Assembly (NCBI GenBank): GCA_965215605.1
Contig: OZ244070.1
Location: forward strand, 2,144,001-2,208,000
Length of the DNA stretch: 64,000 bases
Reading direction: 5' to 3'
Origin: an uncultured Candidatus Binatia bacterium
Lineage (GTDB): Bacteria; Desulfobacterota; Binatia; UBA9968; JAJDTQ01
Shown piece by piece: positions 39,017-48,999 of this stretch. The notes under the pieces are model-generated. The model was not told the DNA's origin. It searched no databases and saw nothing but the letters and a program-made list of their open reading frames with translations. Within the stretch, counting starts at the first letter, position 1. Every line of letters begins with the position of its first letter. A program made the translations under genes and the position numbers.

Positions 39017-40081
39017 ATGAAGATTACGGACCTGCAGTTGGAGACGCTCGAGCTCCCGTACAAGAAGCCCCTCATCACCGCCACCAACCAATTCTACTCG
39101 TCCAACGGGCTCCTGGTGAGCGTGGAGGCGGACTCGGGACACACCGGCTACGGCTATATCGACGTGTTCCCCAGGACCGGCGAGACCCCGGCTTCGGTCC
39201 GGTACGCCATCGAGGAGATCATGCGGCCGCTGCTGGTGGGGCAACCCATCGAGGAGCTGGCCCGGCTGAGCGCTCTCATCAACTTCCGTATGGTGGACAA
39301 CCGGCGCGCCAAGGGCGGCGTGGAGATTGCCTTGTACGACCTTCTGGGCAAGTGCCACGGAGCGCCGCTCTACGTGCTCCTCGGCGGGCTGGTGCGGAAG
39401 GAGATCACGGTCATCAAGATGGTGAGCGTGGGAGAGCCGATGGAGATGGCCCGGGAGTGCCGCGAGCTCGTCGGAGAGGGTTACCGCGCCCTCAAGCTCA
39501 AGGTCAGGGGTGAGGTGGGGCTGGACTTGGCGCGGGTGACCGCGGTGCGCGACGCGGTGGGGCCCGACATCTACATCAAGGTGGACGCCAACGAGGCCTT
39601 CGACGCGAAGTCGGCCATCCGCATGGCCGCGGGCATGGCCGAGCTCGGCGTTGCGGTGTTCGAGCAGCCGCTGTCCCGGCATCACGACACGGCCCTGGCC
39701 GAGGTGAAGGCCCAGTCGAGCATCAAGATAGAGGCCGACCAGTCGGCATCGTCGGTGCACGAAGCCTTCAGGCTCATCCGCGACAACGCCTGCGACTCCA
39801 TCAACACCGGCATCCTCAAGGCCGGCGGCATGCAGCAGGCCCGGCAGATCGCCGACATGTGCGCCCTCACCGGCACCGGGTGCGGCCTGAGCAACATCGC
39901 CGCCTGCATGGTCGGCGACGCGGCCCTGCTGCACTTGGCCCTCAGTTCCCCCGGGGTCTCCCAGTTCTGCGAGATCGGCGAGTGCGAGGGCCTCACCGGC
40001 GATCCGTTCACCGGCATCAAGGTGGTGGACGGGAAGCTCGGAGTCCCGGAAGGGCCGGGCTTGGGCGTCACCCGGGGCTGA
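39017..40081 (+). CDS. Mandelate racemase/muconate lactonizing enzyme family protein
   Basis: ALYDLLGK..PLYVLLGG, KLK, DANE, EQP, ADQS, GPGLG. Confidence 0.9.
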   Translation: MKITDLQLETLELPYKKPLITATNQFYSSNGLLVSVEADSGHTGYGYIDVFPRTGETPASVRYAIEEIMRPLLVGQPIEELARLSALINFRMVDNRRAKGGVEIALYDLLGKCHGAPLYVLLGGLVRKEITVIKMVSVGEPMEMARECRELVGEGYRALKLKVRGEVGLDLARVTAVRDAVGPDIYIKVDANEAFDAKSAIRMAAGMAELGVAVFEQPLSRHHDTALAEVKAQSSIKIEADQSASSVHEAFRLIRDNACDSINTGILKAGGMQQARQIADMCALTGTGCGLSNIAACMVGDAALLHLALSSPGVSQFCEIGECEGLTGDPFTGIKVVDGKLGVPEGPGLGVTRG

Positions 40082-40119
40082 CGCGCCGCACCTCCCGGTT
40101 CCCGGAAACGGAGGCGGAC

Positions 40120-41100
40120 ATGGACCCCCACGATTTTGCGCCCCGCTTCCCGTGGCTGGGCGGTGATCTGCAGACGCTGCGCTACTATTTCTTCCCCGCC
40201 AGCGAGGACTTGTCCGCCTGGCCGGCGGAGCGCTTGAGCTTTCCTCTGCCGGAGTCCGGCGGCGACGCGCTGCTTGCCATGCTGCATCGTCCGCCCCGCG
40301 CCACGGACCGCCCGCTGGTGATCCTGGTGCACGGCCTCACCGGGTGCGAGGGCAGCTCCTACATGTTCGAGACCACCCGCTCTTTCCTCAACCTCGGATA
40401 TCCGGTCATGCGCCTCAACCTCCGGGGCGCGGGCCCGTCGCGGGAGACTTGCAGTAGAAGTTATTGCAGCGGTTCCGGGGACAACATCGCGGCGGTGCTG
40501 TCGGCCCTCGACATCGAAGAGGCCCGCCGTGGAGTCGTGCTGATCGGGTTCTCCCTCGGCGGCACCGTGATGCTGCACGGTCTGGCGCGATATGCGTGCG
40601 CGGTCCCGCCCATCTGTGCGGTAACGGTGTCCACGCCGCTCGACCTGGCAGCCGTGATTCGCCGGCTGATGAGCCCCCGCAATGTGCTGTATCACCGGTG
40701 GCTGCTGGTGCGCATGAAGAAGGCGGTGATCGGCGGCGCCTCCGAGATTTCCCCGCGGCAACGCGCGGACGTCGAGGCCGCCCGCAGCATCTACGAGTTC
40801 GACAACGCCTTCACCGCGCCGCACCATGGCTTCGCGGACGCCGACGACTACTACGCGCGCTGCTCGGCCACCGGATTGCTGGAGCGCATCGACACCCCGT
40901 TGCTGCTGCTGCACGCCAGGAATGATCCTTGGATACCGGCGACGCCCTACGAGCGCATCGCCCGCGCCACCCCGCCCAACGTCACCCTGATGCTCACCGA
41001 CGACGGCGGCCACGTGGGCTTCCACGACCGCCGCAACGCCACGCCTTGGTACAACACCGTGATCCAGGCGTACCTGGAGCGTGTCACCGGCTCAGGATGA
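40120..41100 (+). CDS. YheT-like alpha/beta hydrolase
   Basis: GGDLQT, HGLTG, NLRG, GFSLGG, NDP, GGHVGF. Confidence 0.88.
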   Translation: MDPHDFAPRFPWLGGDLQTLRYYFFPASEDLSAWPAERLSFPLPESGGDALLAMLHRPPRATDRPLVILVHGLTGCEGSSYMFETTRSFLNLGYPVMRLNLRGAGPSRETCSRSYCSGSGDNIAAVLSALDIEEARRGVVLIGFSLGGTVMLHGLARYACAVPPICAVTVSTPLDLAAVIRRLMSPRNVLYHRWLLVRMKKAVIGGASEISPRQRADVEAARSIYEFDNAFTAPHHGFADADDYYARCSATGLLERIDTPLLLLHARNDPWIPATPYERIARATPPNVTLMLTDDGGHVGFHDRRNATPWYNTVIQAYLERVTGSG

Positions 41101-41947
41101 TGGAGATGGTGCCGGTCATGACCGCGAAGGTGCCGGTGACGGTGCGGGCGTTGATGCGCTCGAGGCCGCGCAGGAAGACGACGGTGAGGATCAGGGTCCA
41201 CAACGGGGTGGAGGCGACGATGGGGGATACCACCACCACTCGGCCCAGGCTCACGGCGATGAGGGACAGGAGGGACCCCGCGGACTCGAAGATGCCCGAC
41301 AGGATGAACGGAGGCACGGCGCGGCGGTTGAGCACGAATTCCTCGGTGCGGAGACGGACCGCCACGTACGGGCCCAGCGAGACGAACGACACCACGGCCA
41401 GGATGGCGGCGAAGTAGAGAGGCTCGTTGGAGATGTCGAAGGCGATGCGCCGTATCGGGAACGCGATGCCGGCGAACAGGGCGGCCAAGAGCGGGAAGAT
41501 CGCCTCCCACCAGTGGTAGCGCAGGCCGGATGCCGCCGGTTGCCAGGAGATGAGCGCGATGCCGCCCACCACCAGCACGGTTCCCGTGAGGATCCCCGGA
41601 CTGGCGTGCTCTCCCAGGAAAGCGATGGCGATGACGGCGCTCCACAGCGGATAGGTGTTGCGCAGAGGCTCGGCGCGGGAAGCGCCCAGGCGGTGGATGC
41701 CGGTCAACTGGAGCAGGCTTGTGGCGGTCTGCAGGACTCCCAGACCGACGAACAGCAGCAGCGGCAGCCATTCAACGTGAGGGATCCCACCCATGAGGAG
41801 CACGCCGATCCAGAAAACGACCGTGCGCAGGAAGAGCAGCACGCAGGCCGCGGTCAACGGGCTGGAGTGGTGCATCCCCATGCGCGCGGTGATGGAGCCT
41901 CCAGAGTAGAGGATGGCGGCGGCGAGGGCGATGAATTCGGGTCGCAT
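41084..41947 (-). CDS. DMT/EamA family transporter
   Basis: About 10 TM segments, duplicated EamA pattern (PLWS..FLGE). Confidence 0.85.
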   Translation of the reverse strand: MRPEFIALAAAILYSGGSITARMGMHHSSPLTAACVLLFLRTVVFWIGVLLMGGIPHVEWLPLLLFVGLGVLQTATSLLQLTGIHRLGASRAEPLRNTYPLWSAVIAIAFLGEHASPGILTGTVLVVGGIALISWQPAASGLRYHWWEAIFPLLAALFAGIAFPIRRIAFDISNEPLYFAAILAVVSFVSLGPYVAVRLRTEEFVLNRRAVPPFILSGIFESAGSLLSLIAVSLGRVVVVSPIVASTPLWTLILTVVFLRGLERINARTVTGTFAVMTGTISIILSR

Positions 41948-42061
41948 GGGGTCCGTAACGCGATATGGCAACAGGCCGGGGTTCGGGCGCGCCGATCCGG
42001 TCCACTGTCCTTCTTGAACCAAGAGTCGATCCGGAGCAAGCTCCGGGGCCGGCCCTGCGGG

Positions 42062-43222
42062 TCACGCGTCCAGGCGGGGCCGTGTGAGGACAGGCCAGTA
42101 GGCGACGAGGAAGACGGCAAAAGCCCCGGACCAGAGGAGCGCCGCGGCGTCGATGGCAAGTGCGCCCGCCTCCGGGCCGACCAAGGTGCCCAGGACCCGA
42201 AACGCGGCGGCCAGGTGCACCAGCACGAAGGCCGCCGTGTCCGCGGGTCCTGCCTCCAGCTCCCGGCCGGTGTGGCCCCGTGCGCTCCGCGTCATCATCC
42301 CCAGCATCAGCCCGCCCATGACGCCCACGCCAAACGCGTGCAGGGACGATGCCGCCGGAATCTCCGCGCCGGCGAGCCAGAGAGCGCGCAGGGCCAGGGA
42401 GACCACGAGCCAGCCGTAGGACAACGGCAGCACCCAGAGCAACGGCTTTCGGAAAGTTGAGAAAGGGTCCCAAAGCCAGAGCCTGATCCCATGGGCAACC
42501 GCGCCGGCGGCCGCCACCGCCGCCAGCCATGGACCGCCGGGTCCGGCGACGGCGAGCACCCCGAGGGAGGCGAAGGCGGCGAGGTCCACCCATCGGTTGC
42601 TCCGGGGACGCGCCGAGGGTACCGCGTTGGCCGTGAAGGCGGGGATCACCCGGCCGGCCATCAACGCGACCATCAGCGCGAACAGATCCAGGGCCAGCCG
42701 TGCGGCTCCGTTCGTCCGCGGCAGCGCCCACAGAGCGGCGTACTCGAGGTGGAACAGCAGATTGGCCGCCGCCAGCAGGATCACCACGGCGACCACCTTG
42801 AGGTTACGCCAGTTGCGGGCCTTGACCACCGGCACGGCCACGGCGAGCGCGAGACAGGGGAGGAACAGGCAGTCCACGGCCGCGGCCGCAAGCGCCGGTC
42901 CGGTGCCCGCCAGCACCCGGCCCGCCGCCCAGAGGCCGGCCAGGGCCGCCAGGCTCGCCCCCGTGGGCATGGCTCGACCGGTCCAGGTCCGCGCGGCCGT
43001 CAACAGGAAGCCTGCCAGCACCGCGGCGGCGAAGCCGAACACCATCTCGTGGGCGTGCCACGCCGTGCCCGCGAGATAGCCGGGGCCGGGTAGCGGAAGA
43101 TCGGCCCCGAACCGCCACAACGGCACCGCCGTCGCCGCGAAGGCCGCCGCCAGCAGGTAGAAAGGTCGAAAGCCCATGTGGAGCACGGGCCATGAACGCG
43201 TCTCTTCGGGCATCGTCTTCAT
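42062..43222 (-). CDS. nnrS: NnrS family protein
   Basis: GFRPFYL, WHAHEMVFGF, GFLLTAARTWTG, GRVIPAFT, MMTRSARGHTGR. Confidence 0.92.
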   Translation of the reverse strand: MKTMPEETRSWPVLHMGFRPFYLLAAAFAATAVPLWRFGADLPLPGPGYLAGTAWHAHEMVFGFAAAVLAGFLLTAARTWTGRAMPTGASLAALAGLWAAGRVLAGTGPALAAAAVDCLFLPCLALAVAVPVVKARNWRNLKVVAVVILLAAANLLFHLEYAALWALPRTNGAARLALDLFALMVALMAGRVIPAFTANAVPSARPRSNRWVDLAAFASLGVLAVAGPGGPWLAAVAAAGAVAHGIRLWLWDPFSTFRKPLLWVLPLSYGWLVVSLALRALWLAGAEIPAASSLHAFGVGVMGGLMLGMMTRSARGHTGRELEAGPADTAAFVLVHLAAAFRVLGTLVGPEAGALAIDAAALLWSGAFAVFLVAYWPVLTRPRLDA

Positions 43223-43317
43223 CGCTGCAGGCGACAAGATTTCCTGCGCATCTTCGTCAACGTACTTGCGGAACGTAACACTCGGGCCCTCTCAACCAGG
43301 CGATCCGTCGGGGCGGC

Positions 43318-43779
43318 TCACAGCAGCGGCAGGATGGCGCCGAACAGCACGCCCTCGAACAGCGTCCGGTGCAGCACGAGCTCCAGGCTGACGTACACCA
43401 GCGCCCACACCGACACGGCCGCCACGACGCACCGCTGCCAGGACAGTTTGGCGAAGCTGCGCAGGAACAGGACCATGTAGATGGGGATGGTGAGCTGGAA
43501 GCCGATGAGGAAAACCAGCACGCAGAAGACCGCCAGCCAGGCCACGACGGGGGCGGCCTTGGACCAGGGCGCCACCTCCACGGTGTCGTCCGGGGCCGCC
43601 CGCGGGGAGAGCGACTCGCGTCCCAGGCAGAACAGGATGAACGCGAGCGTGGGGATGCCCAGAACCAGCGGCACAAGCCCGCCCTGTCCCTCGAAGCCGA
43701 AGGAGGGGATGACCACCACCAGCACCACCGCGAGGTAGAGCAGGTTCACGATCACGTAGCTGTAGTTCACGCGCTTCAT
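43318..43779 (-). CDS. tctB: Tripartite tricarboxylate transporter small subunit
   Basis: 4-5 TM, follows tctA. Confidence 0.8.
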   Translation of the reverse strand: MKRVNYSYVIVNLLYLAVVLVVVIPSFGFEGQGGLVPLVLGIPTLAFILFCLGRESLSPRAAPDDTVEVAPWSKAAPVVAWLAVFCVLVFLIGFQLTIPIYMVLFLRSFAKLSWQRCVVAAVSVWALVYVSLELVLHRTLFEGVLFGAILPLL

Positions 43780-43789
43780 GGCATGACCG

Positions 43790-45259
43790 TCAGCGGGTGC
43801 GCATCCGCGCAAAGAGCGGGACTGCCACCATGGTCACGATGAGGATCCAGGAGATCACGCTGTCGAAGAAGCCCAGATAGCTGCCGTCGTGGATGCGCAC
43901 CGTCAGCAGGAACGAGTTCTCCGCCAGATTCCCCAGCACGAACCCGATGACCAGCGGCAGCACCGGCACGCCCGCGCGCCGCATGCCGAAGCCGAGGATT
44001 CCCAGCAGCACCACCAGCACCACGTCCCAGATGTTTTCCCGCAGGATGTAGGTGCCCGACAGGGAGACCACCGCGATGATGGCGGACAGGTAATACACCG
44101 GCACCCGGGTGATGATGGCCAGGTAGCGCGCGGCCAGCAGGCCGAAGATGCTGGCGAAGGCGTTGGACACGACGTAGCCGTTGAGCAGGGTCCAGATGAA
44201 GATGGGCTTGTCGAGGATCAACTGCGGCCCGGGGGTGACCCCGTGCATGATGAAGATGCTCAGCAGCAAGGCCATGGCCAGGCTTCCGGGAATGCCGAAG
44301 CTCAGGGTGGTCAGCAGCGCGCCGCCGTCCTTGGAGTCGTTGGCCGCCTCGCTGGCGATGACGCCCTCGGGATGGCCCTTGCCGAAGGAGCCCGGGTCCT
44401 TGGACGACTGCACGGCCACGGTGTAGGCGATGAGGTTGGCGGTCTCGCCGCCCACCCCGGGAATGATCCCCACCAGCGTGCCGATGGACGAGCTACGCAA
44501 CAGGCAGACCACGTAGCGGAAGTTCTCCATCACGCCCTGCCATGCGCCCCGGATGCTGGCCTGGATGTTGTCTCGGGCGATGGTGCCGCCCTGGGCCGAG
44601 TAGTTGATGAGCTCGCCGATGGCGAACAGCCCCACGAAGAACGGGATCAGCGGGATGCCGTCCCACAGGTACTCGCTGCCCATGGTGTAGCGGATGAGGC
44701 CCGTGGGCTCGTTGAGACCCACCAGGGACAGCAGGATGCCGACCCCGCCGGCGATGAGCCCGTTCAACAGCGATCCCTGGCTCACCGTGGCGGTCGTGAC
44801 CAGCCCGAACACCACCAGCCAGAAGATCTCCGGGTGGCCGAAGGCGATCACCAGCGGGCGCATGACCTGGATCAGCAGGGCCAGGATCACGAGCCCGAAC
44901 AGCGCGCCCAGGAGACACGCCCCGGCCGACAGTCCCAGCGCCCGCGCCGCCTCGCCGCGTTGGGCCATGGGGTAACCGTCGAAGCAGGTGGCGGCGTTCA
45001 CCGGGGTGCCCGGCGTGTTGAGCAGGATGGCGCTGACGGAGCCGCCGAAGGAACTGGCCCCCATGATGCCCGAGAACAGGTAGACCGCGGTGATGGCGTC
45101 CCAGGTGAAGGTGAACGGCAGCAGCATGGACATGGCGAGGATGCCGCCCAGGCCCGGGACCGCGCCGAAGATGAGTCCGATGACGCTGCCGACGAACAGC
45201 GTCAGAAGGACGTGCGGCTCGGCGATGGTGACCAGCGCGCCGCCGAATCCTTCAAACAT
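43790..45259 (-). CDS. tctA: Tripartite tricarboxylate transporter large subunit
   Basis: GAVPGL, SAILLNTPGTP..ATCFDGYPMA, EAAND, GIPGS. Confidence 0.93.
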   Translation of the reverse strand: MFEGFGGALVTIAEPHVLLTLFVGSVIGLIFGAVPGLGGILAMSMLLPFTFTWDAITAVYLFSGIMGASSFGGSVSAILLNTPGTPVNAATCFDGYPMAQRGEAARALGLSAGACLLGALFGLVILALLIQVMRPLVIAFGHPEIFWLVVFGLVTTATVSQGSLLNGLIAGGVGILLSLVGLNEPTGLIRYTMGSEYLWDGIPLIPFFVGLFAIGELINYSAQGGTIARDNIQASIRGAWQGVMENFRYVVCLLRSSSIGTLVGIIPGVGGETANLIAYTVAVQSSKDPGSFGKGHPEGVIASEAANDSKDGGALLTTLSFGIPGSLAMALLLSIFIMHGVTPGPQLILDKPIFIWTLLNGYVVSNAFASIFGLLAARYLAIITRVPVYYLSAIIAVVSLSGTYILRENIWDVVLVVLLGILGFGMRRAGVPVLPLVIGFVLGNLAENSFLLTVRIHDGSYLGFFDSVISWILIVTMVAVPLFARMRTR

Positions 45260-45298
45260 GAACGCCCGTTTCCTGTTTCGCGGGACCGCGGAGAGCCC

Positions 45299-45327
45299 GA
45301 CACGGTCCCGGGAGGCGGGACCGTGTC
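45299..45327. terminator. Intercistronic 12-bp hairpin after tctC
   Basis: gacacggtcccg-ggagg-cgggaccgtgtc. Confidence 0.55.
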
Positions 45328-45346
45328 AGGTCACCAGGGGCAAGGG

Positions 45347-46345
45347 TCACTTGATGTACTTCTTGAGCAGCGGGGTATTGTCCCCCACCAGGGCGATCAT
45401 GTCGGCGATGAGCTTGGTGGTGTCCTGCTTGCTCAACGGCGCTACGATGTTGCCGTTGGCCTCGATCCTTTCCTTCAGCGCTGCATCGTTGTTGACCTTG
45501 ACCAGGGCCGCCTCCACCACGGACGCGATGTTGTCGGGGGTCTTGGGCGGCAGCGCGTAGAGGTTCTGCCCCACCAGCGAAGCCGATCCCAGCGCCGGGA
45601 ACCCCTGTTCTACGCCGGTCGGGATGTCGGGGAACTTGGGGTGCCGTTTCGGCAGGTAGACGACGACGGCCTTGGCCTCGCCGGACTGGACCGCGGTGGT
45701 CCAGCGCTTGGTCAGCGGCAGGTTCGTGATGGTGATGTCGCCGCGGATGATGCCGGTGATCAGCTCGGGACCCTTGAAGCCGGCGATGAACTCCACCGGG
45801 AAGCCCACCAGGTTGGCGGTGATGACGGAGATGGGGAACGTGTTGCCGCCGGTTCCGGTGATGCCCGCCTTGATGGGCTTCTTGGCGGTCTTCATCTGCT
45901 TGAGCGACGTCCACTGGTCCTTGCCCTTCCGGGTGGTGGCCTGCATGAAATACGGGTTGGATACTTGGCGCCCGATCCAGGTGAAGCTCCGCAGGTCGGG
46001 CTTCATCCCCCGCGCGACCTGGTTGACGGCTTGTCCGGGCAGGTTGATGGCGGCCATGGTGTAGCCGTCCGGCTTGGACCGGTTCAGGATGGTGACGGAG
46101 TTCCTGCCCCCGGCGCCCGGCACGTTGCGGATGATCACGGGGACTCCCAGCAATTTCGACATGACCTCGCCCTGGAGCCGCGCGGCGGTATCCATGGCGC
46201 CGCCTACCGAGAAGCCCACCAGGATGGTGATGGGTTTGCTGGGCTTCCACGGGTCCGCGGCGGTTGCCGGCGTCGCCGCCAGCGCCAGCGCCCCGGCCGC
46301 CAGCGCGACCAGGCACGCGTTGCTCAACGTCTTCGGAATTCGCAT
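45347..46345 (-). CDS. tctC: TTT substrate-binding protein (Bug/TctC)
   Basis: Signal peptide, GGAMDTAAR, NVPGAGG, KPDGYT. Confidence 0.9.
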   Translation of the reverse strand: MRIPKTLSNACLVALAAGALALAATPATAADPWKPSKPITILVGFSVGGAMDTAARLQGEVMSKLLGVPVIIRNVPGAGGRNSVTILNRSKPDGYTMAAINLPGQAVNQVARGMKPDLRSFTWIGRQVSNPYFMQATTRKGKDQWTSLKQMKTAKKPIKAGITGTGGNTFPISVITANLVGFPVEFIAGFKGPELITGIIRGDITITNLPLTKRWTTAVQSGEAKAVVVYLPKRHPKFPDIPTGVEQGFPALGSASLVGQNLYALPPKTPDNIASVVEAALVKVNNDAALKERIEANGNIVAPLSKQDTTKLIADMIALVGDNTPLLKKYIK

Positions 46346-46456
46346 TACGGGCTCCTTTCGATTTGAGGGGAAACCTTTTCAGGACGCGTGTTTCGCCACG
46401 CGTGGCCGATTCTTGCACTCCTTCAACCCCCGGTCAAGAAGTCGTCCGGGGAGGCT

Positions 46457-47869
46457 CTACCGCAGCAGCGAGGGGTCGAAGGGCTTCAGCAGCCCGTCCA
46501 GGCTGACCTCCCGCACCTTGTCCCGGGGCGGCCGCGCCCGCTGCGGGTACTGCACCGGCGGCGCCGGTTTGGTGGCGTCCAGGATCATGACCGCGCCCAT
46601 GACGGGCTCGTGGGCGCCGTCCACCCGGTAGTTCCAGTTGGAAGGCAGCAGGTCGCCCGGCCCGTTCCAGTCCGGGATCGTGAGCACGTCCTCGTCCGGC
46701 CGCATGCGGGTCCCCACCGCCCAGGTCACCTCCGGCTCGTTGAACACGTTGATGTCGTCGTCCACCACCACCACGCAGCGGAGGTTCTCGGGCTCGGTGG
46801 AGATGGCGGCCAGCGCCGCGCGCTTGACCTCCGAGTCCTTGGTCTTGCGGATGGAGATGTAGCAGTGGGTGCGGGCGTGGGCCGGCACGTTGACGTTGAC
46901 CACGCCGGGAACGGCTTCCCGGACCCGCCGGTAGATGGTGCCCATGCGCGGCAGGCTGCCCAGTACCAGGTGCTCCTGGCCCGCGGGAAAGACGTCGTAG
47001 TAGATGGGGTTCCGGCGCATGGTCATGGCCTGCACGTGCATCACCGGCTGGGCCCCCATGCTGACGTAGTAGCCGGTCCACTCGCCGAAGGGGCCTTCGA
47101 GCCGGGTCTCGTCCGGCAGCAGCCGCCCCTCGATGACGATCTCCGCGTGGGCCGGTACCATGAGGTCCACGGTCTCCGCCTTGACCAGTTCGATGGGTTC
47201 CTGCAAGAGCGCGCCGGCCTCGGCGAACTCCCCGCCGATGCCCGGCAGCCGCGACACCGCCCCGAGCATGAAGGTGGGGTAGTGGCCGACCACCAGGGCG
47301 AACTCCGTGGGCTCGCCGCGCTCCGAGTTCCGCCGGTAGATGTAGCCGCCGTGATGGCTGCCCTGGATATAGACGCCGAGGGTGCGGGGGTCGTGGACCT
47401 GGTGGCGGTAGAGGCCGGCGTTCTGGGCGCCGGTGTCGGGATCCCTGACGATCATGACGCCGCCGGTGATGTAGGGCCCGGCGTCGAGCTCGTTGTGGAA
47501 CGGGATCGGCAGGGCCGACAGGTCCGCCGCGTCGCCCTTGAGTACGACTTCCTTCACCGGGCCGTCGGCGACCGTTTCCGCCTGGATGGGCTTCGCCTGG
47601 CGTTCGCCGTACACCCGGGCCATGTCCGCCACGCCGGTGTCCAGGGCCAGCGCCAGCCGCTCGTAGGTGGCCGTGAGGTTGATGACCAGCGGCACGGACG
47701 AGCCTTCCACGTCGGTGAAGATCAGAGCGGGGAACCGGCCGTCCTCGGCCAGCCGCTCGGCGATGGCGGTGATGTCGAATCCGCGGTCCACCCGGCGAGT
47801 GACCAGCTTGATCTGGTCCGGCGCCGATGCCGCAAGTTGCTCGATGAACGCGCGCAGGTCCTTGGCCAT
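46457..47869 (-). CDS. UbiD family (de)carboxylase
   Basis: DLRAFI, DAGPYIT, GLYR, VPAHAEIVIEG, EGPFGEWTGYY, VVVDDDI, DATKP. Confidence 0.93.
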   Translation of the reverse strand: MAKDLRAFIEQLAASAPDQIKLVTRRVDRGFDITAIAERLAEDGRFPALIFTDVEGSSVPLVINLTATYERLALALDTGVADMARVYGERQAKPIQAETVADGPVKEVVLKGDAADLSALPIPFHNELDAGPYITGGVMIVRDPDTGAQNAGLYRHQVHDPRTLGVYIQGSHHGGYIYRRNSERGEPTEFALVVGHYPTFMLGAVSRLPGIGGEFAEAGALLQEPIELVKAETVDLMVPAHAEIVIEGRLLPDETRLEGPFGEWTGYYVSMGAQPVMHVQAMTMRRNPIYYDVFPAGQEHLVLGSLPRMGTIYRRVREAVPGVVNVNVPAHARTHCYISIRKTKDSEVKRAALAAISTEPENLRCVVVVDDDINVFNEPEVTWAVGTRMRPDEDVLTIPDWNGPGDLLPSNWNYRVDGAHEPVMGAVMILDATKPAPPVQYPQRARPPRDKVREVSLDGLLKPFDPSLLR

Positions 47870-47997
47870 GGTATCCGTCCTCTTCAGGCCGTCTGAAGGC
47901 CCTTGGCCCCATCCATATCACACTCCCGCGGCCGGAACGATGGTCCTTGAAATCACGCCGCCTATGGCATAGACGATAAGGTTTCGAGAGACCTGCC

Positions 47998-48999
47998 ATG
48001 GGAACCTATCTGCTGCGCCGCCTCGTCGGGACGATCCCGGTCATGATCCTGATCAGCCTGCTCGTCTTCCTGCTGATCCAGGCGGCTCCCGGCGACCCCA
48101 CGCTCATGCTGCTGGGCGAGGACAGTACCCAGGAGGATATCGATCAGGCCACGAAACGGTGGGGCCTCGACCAGCCCGTCTACGTCCAGTACGTCAAGTT
48201 CTTCATGTCCGCGGCCCAGGGCGACCTCGGCCGCTCGTTCAAGTACGACGAGCCGGTGCTGGACGTGATCGTCAACCGGATCCCGGCGACGCTGGAGCTG
48301 GCCAGCGCCTCGGTCATCATCGCGATCATCTTTGCCATACCGCTGGGGGTGTGGGCCGCGGCCAAGCCCAACTCGTGGGTGGACAATACCGGCACGACCT
48401 TCGGCCTGTTCGGCATCAGCATGCCCAGTTTCTGGTTCGGCATCATGCTGATCCTGTTGTTCGCCGGGATACTCAACATCCTCCCGTCCGCGGGACGGGA
48501 TACCTACGGCATCGCGGGTGAGCGCATTACCGGGTTCTACATTCTCGACAGCGCCCTCCAGGGCAACTGGGCCGGAGTGCGCGACGGCGCGGAACACGTG
48601 TTCCTGCCGGCGCTGGCGCTGGGCTCCAACATGCTCGGGATCCTCATGCGGGTGACCCGGTCGTCGGTGCTGGAGGTGATGAACGAGGAATACGTGACCA
48701 CCGCCCGGGCCAAGGGCCTGGTGGAGCGCAAGGTGCTGTGGCGCCACGTGTTCAGCAATGCGCTGATCCCGGTGATCACCGTGGTGGGGCTGGAGCTCGG
48801 CACGCTGCTCAGCGGCTCGATCATCGTGGAGACGGTCTTCTCCTGGCCCGGCAGCGGCAGCCTGCTGATCACCGCCCTCAACGCCCGGGACCACCCGCTG
48901 GTGACCGGGCTGGTGCTGGTTTACACGGCGGCGTTCGTCGCCATCAATTTTCTGATCGACGTGCTCTATGCAATCATCGATCCAAGAATCCGGTACTGA
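47998..48999 (+). CDS. Dpp/Opp-type ABC permease (DppB-like)
   Basis: APGDP, GDLGRS, YVTTARAKGL, IDPRIRY. Confidence 0.92.
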   Translation: MGTYLLRRLVGTIPVMILISLLVFLLIQAAPGDPTLMLLGEDSTQEDIDQATKRWGLDQPVYVQYVKFFMSAAQGDLGRSFKYDEPVLDVIVNRIPATLELASASVIIAIIFAIPLGVWAAAKPNSWVDNTGTTFGLFGISMPSFWFGIMLILLFAGILNILPSAGRDTYGIAGERITGFYILDSALQGNWAGVRDGAEHVFLPALALGSNMLGILMRVTRSSVLEVMNEEYVTTARAKGLVERKVLWRHVFSNALIPVITVVGLELGTLLSGSIIVETVFSWPGSGSLLITALNARDHPLVTGLVLVYTAAFVAINFLIDVLYAIIDPRIRY

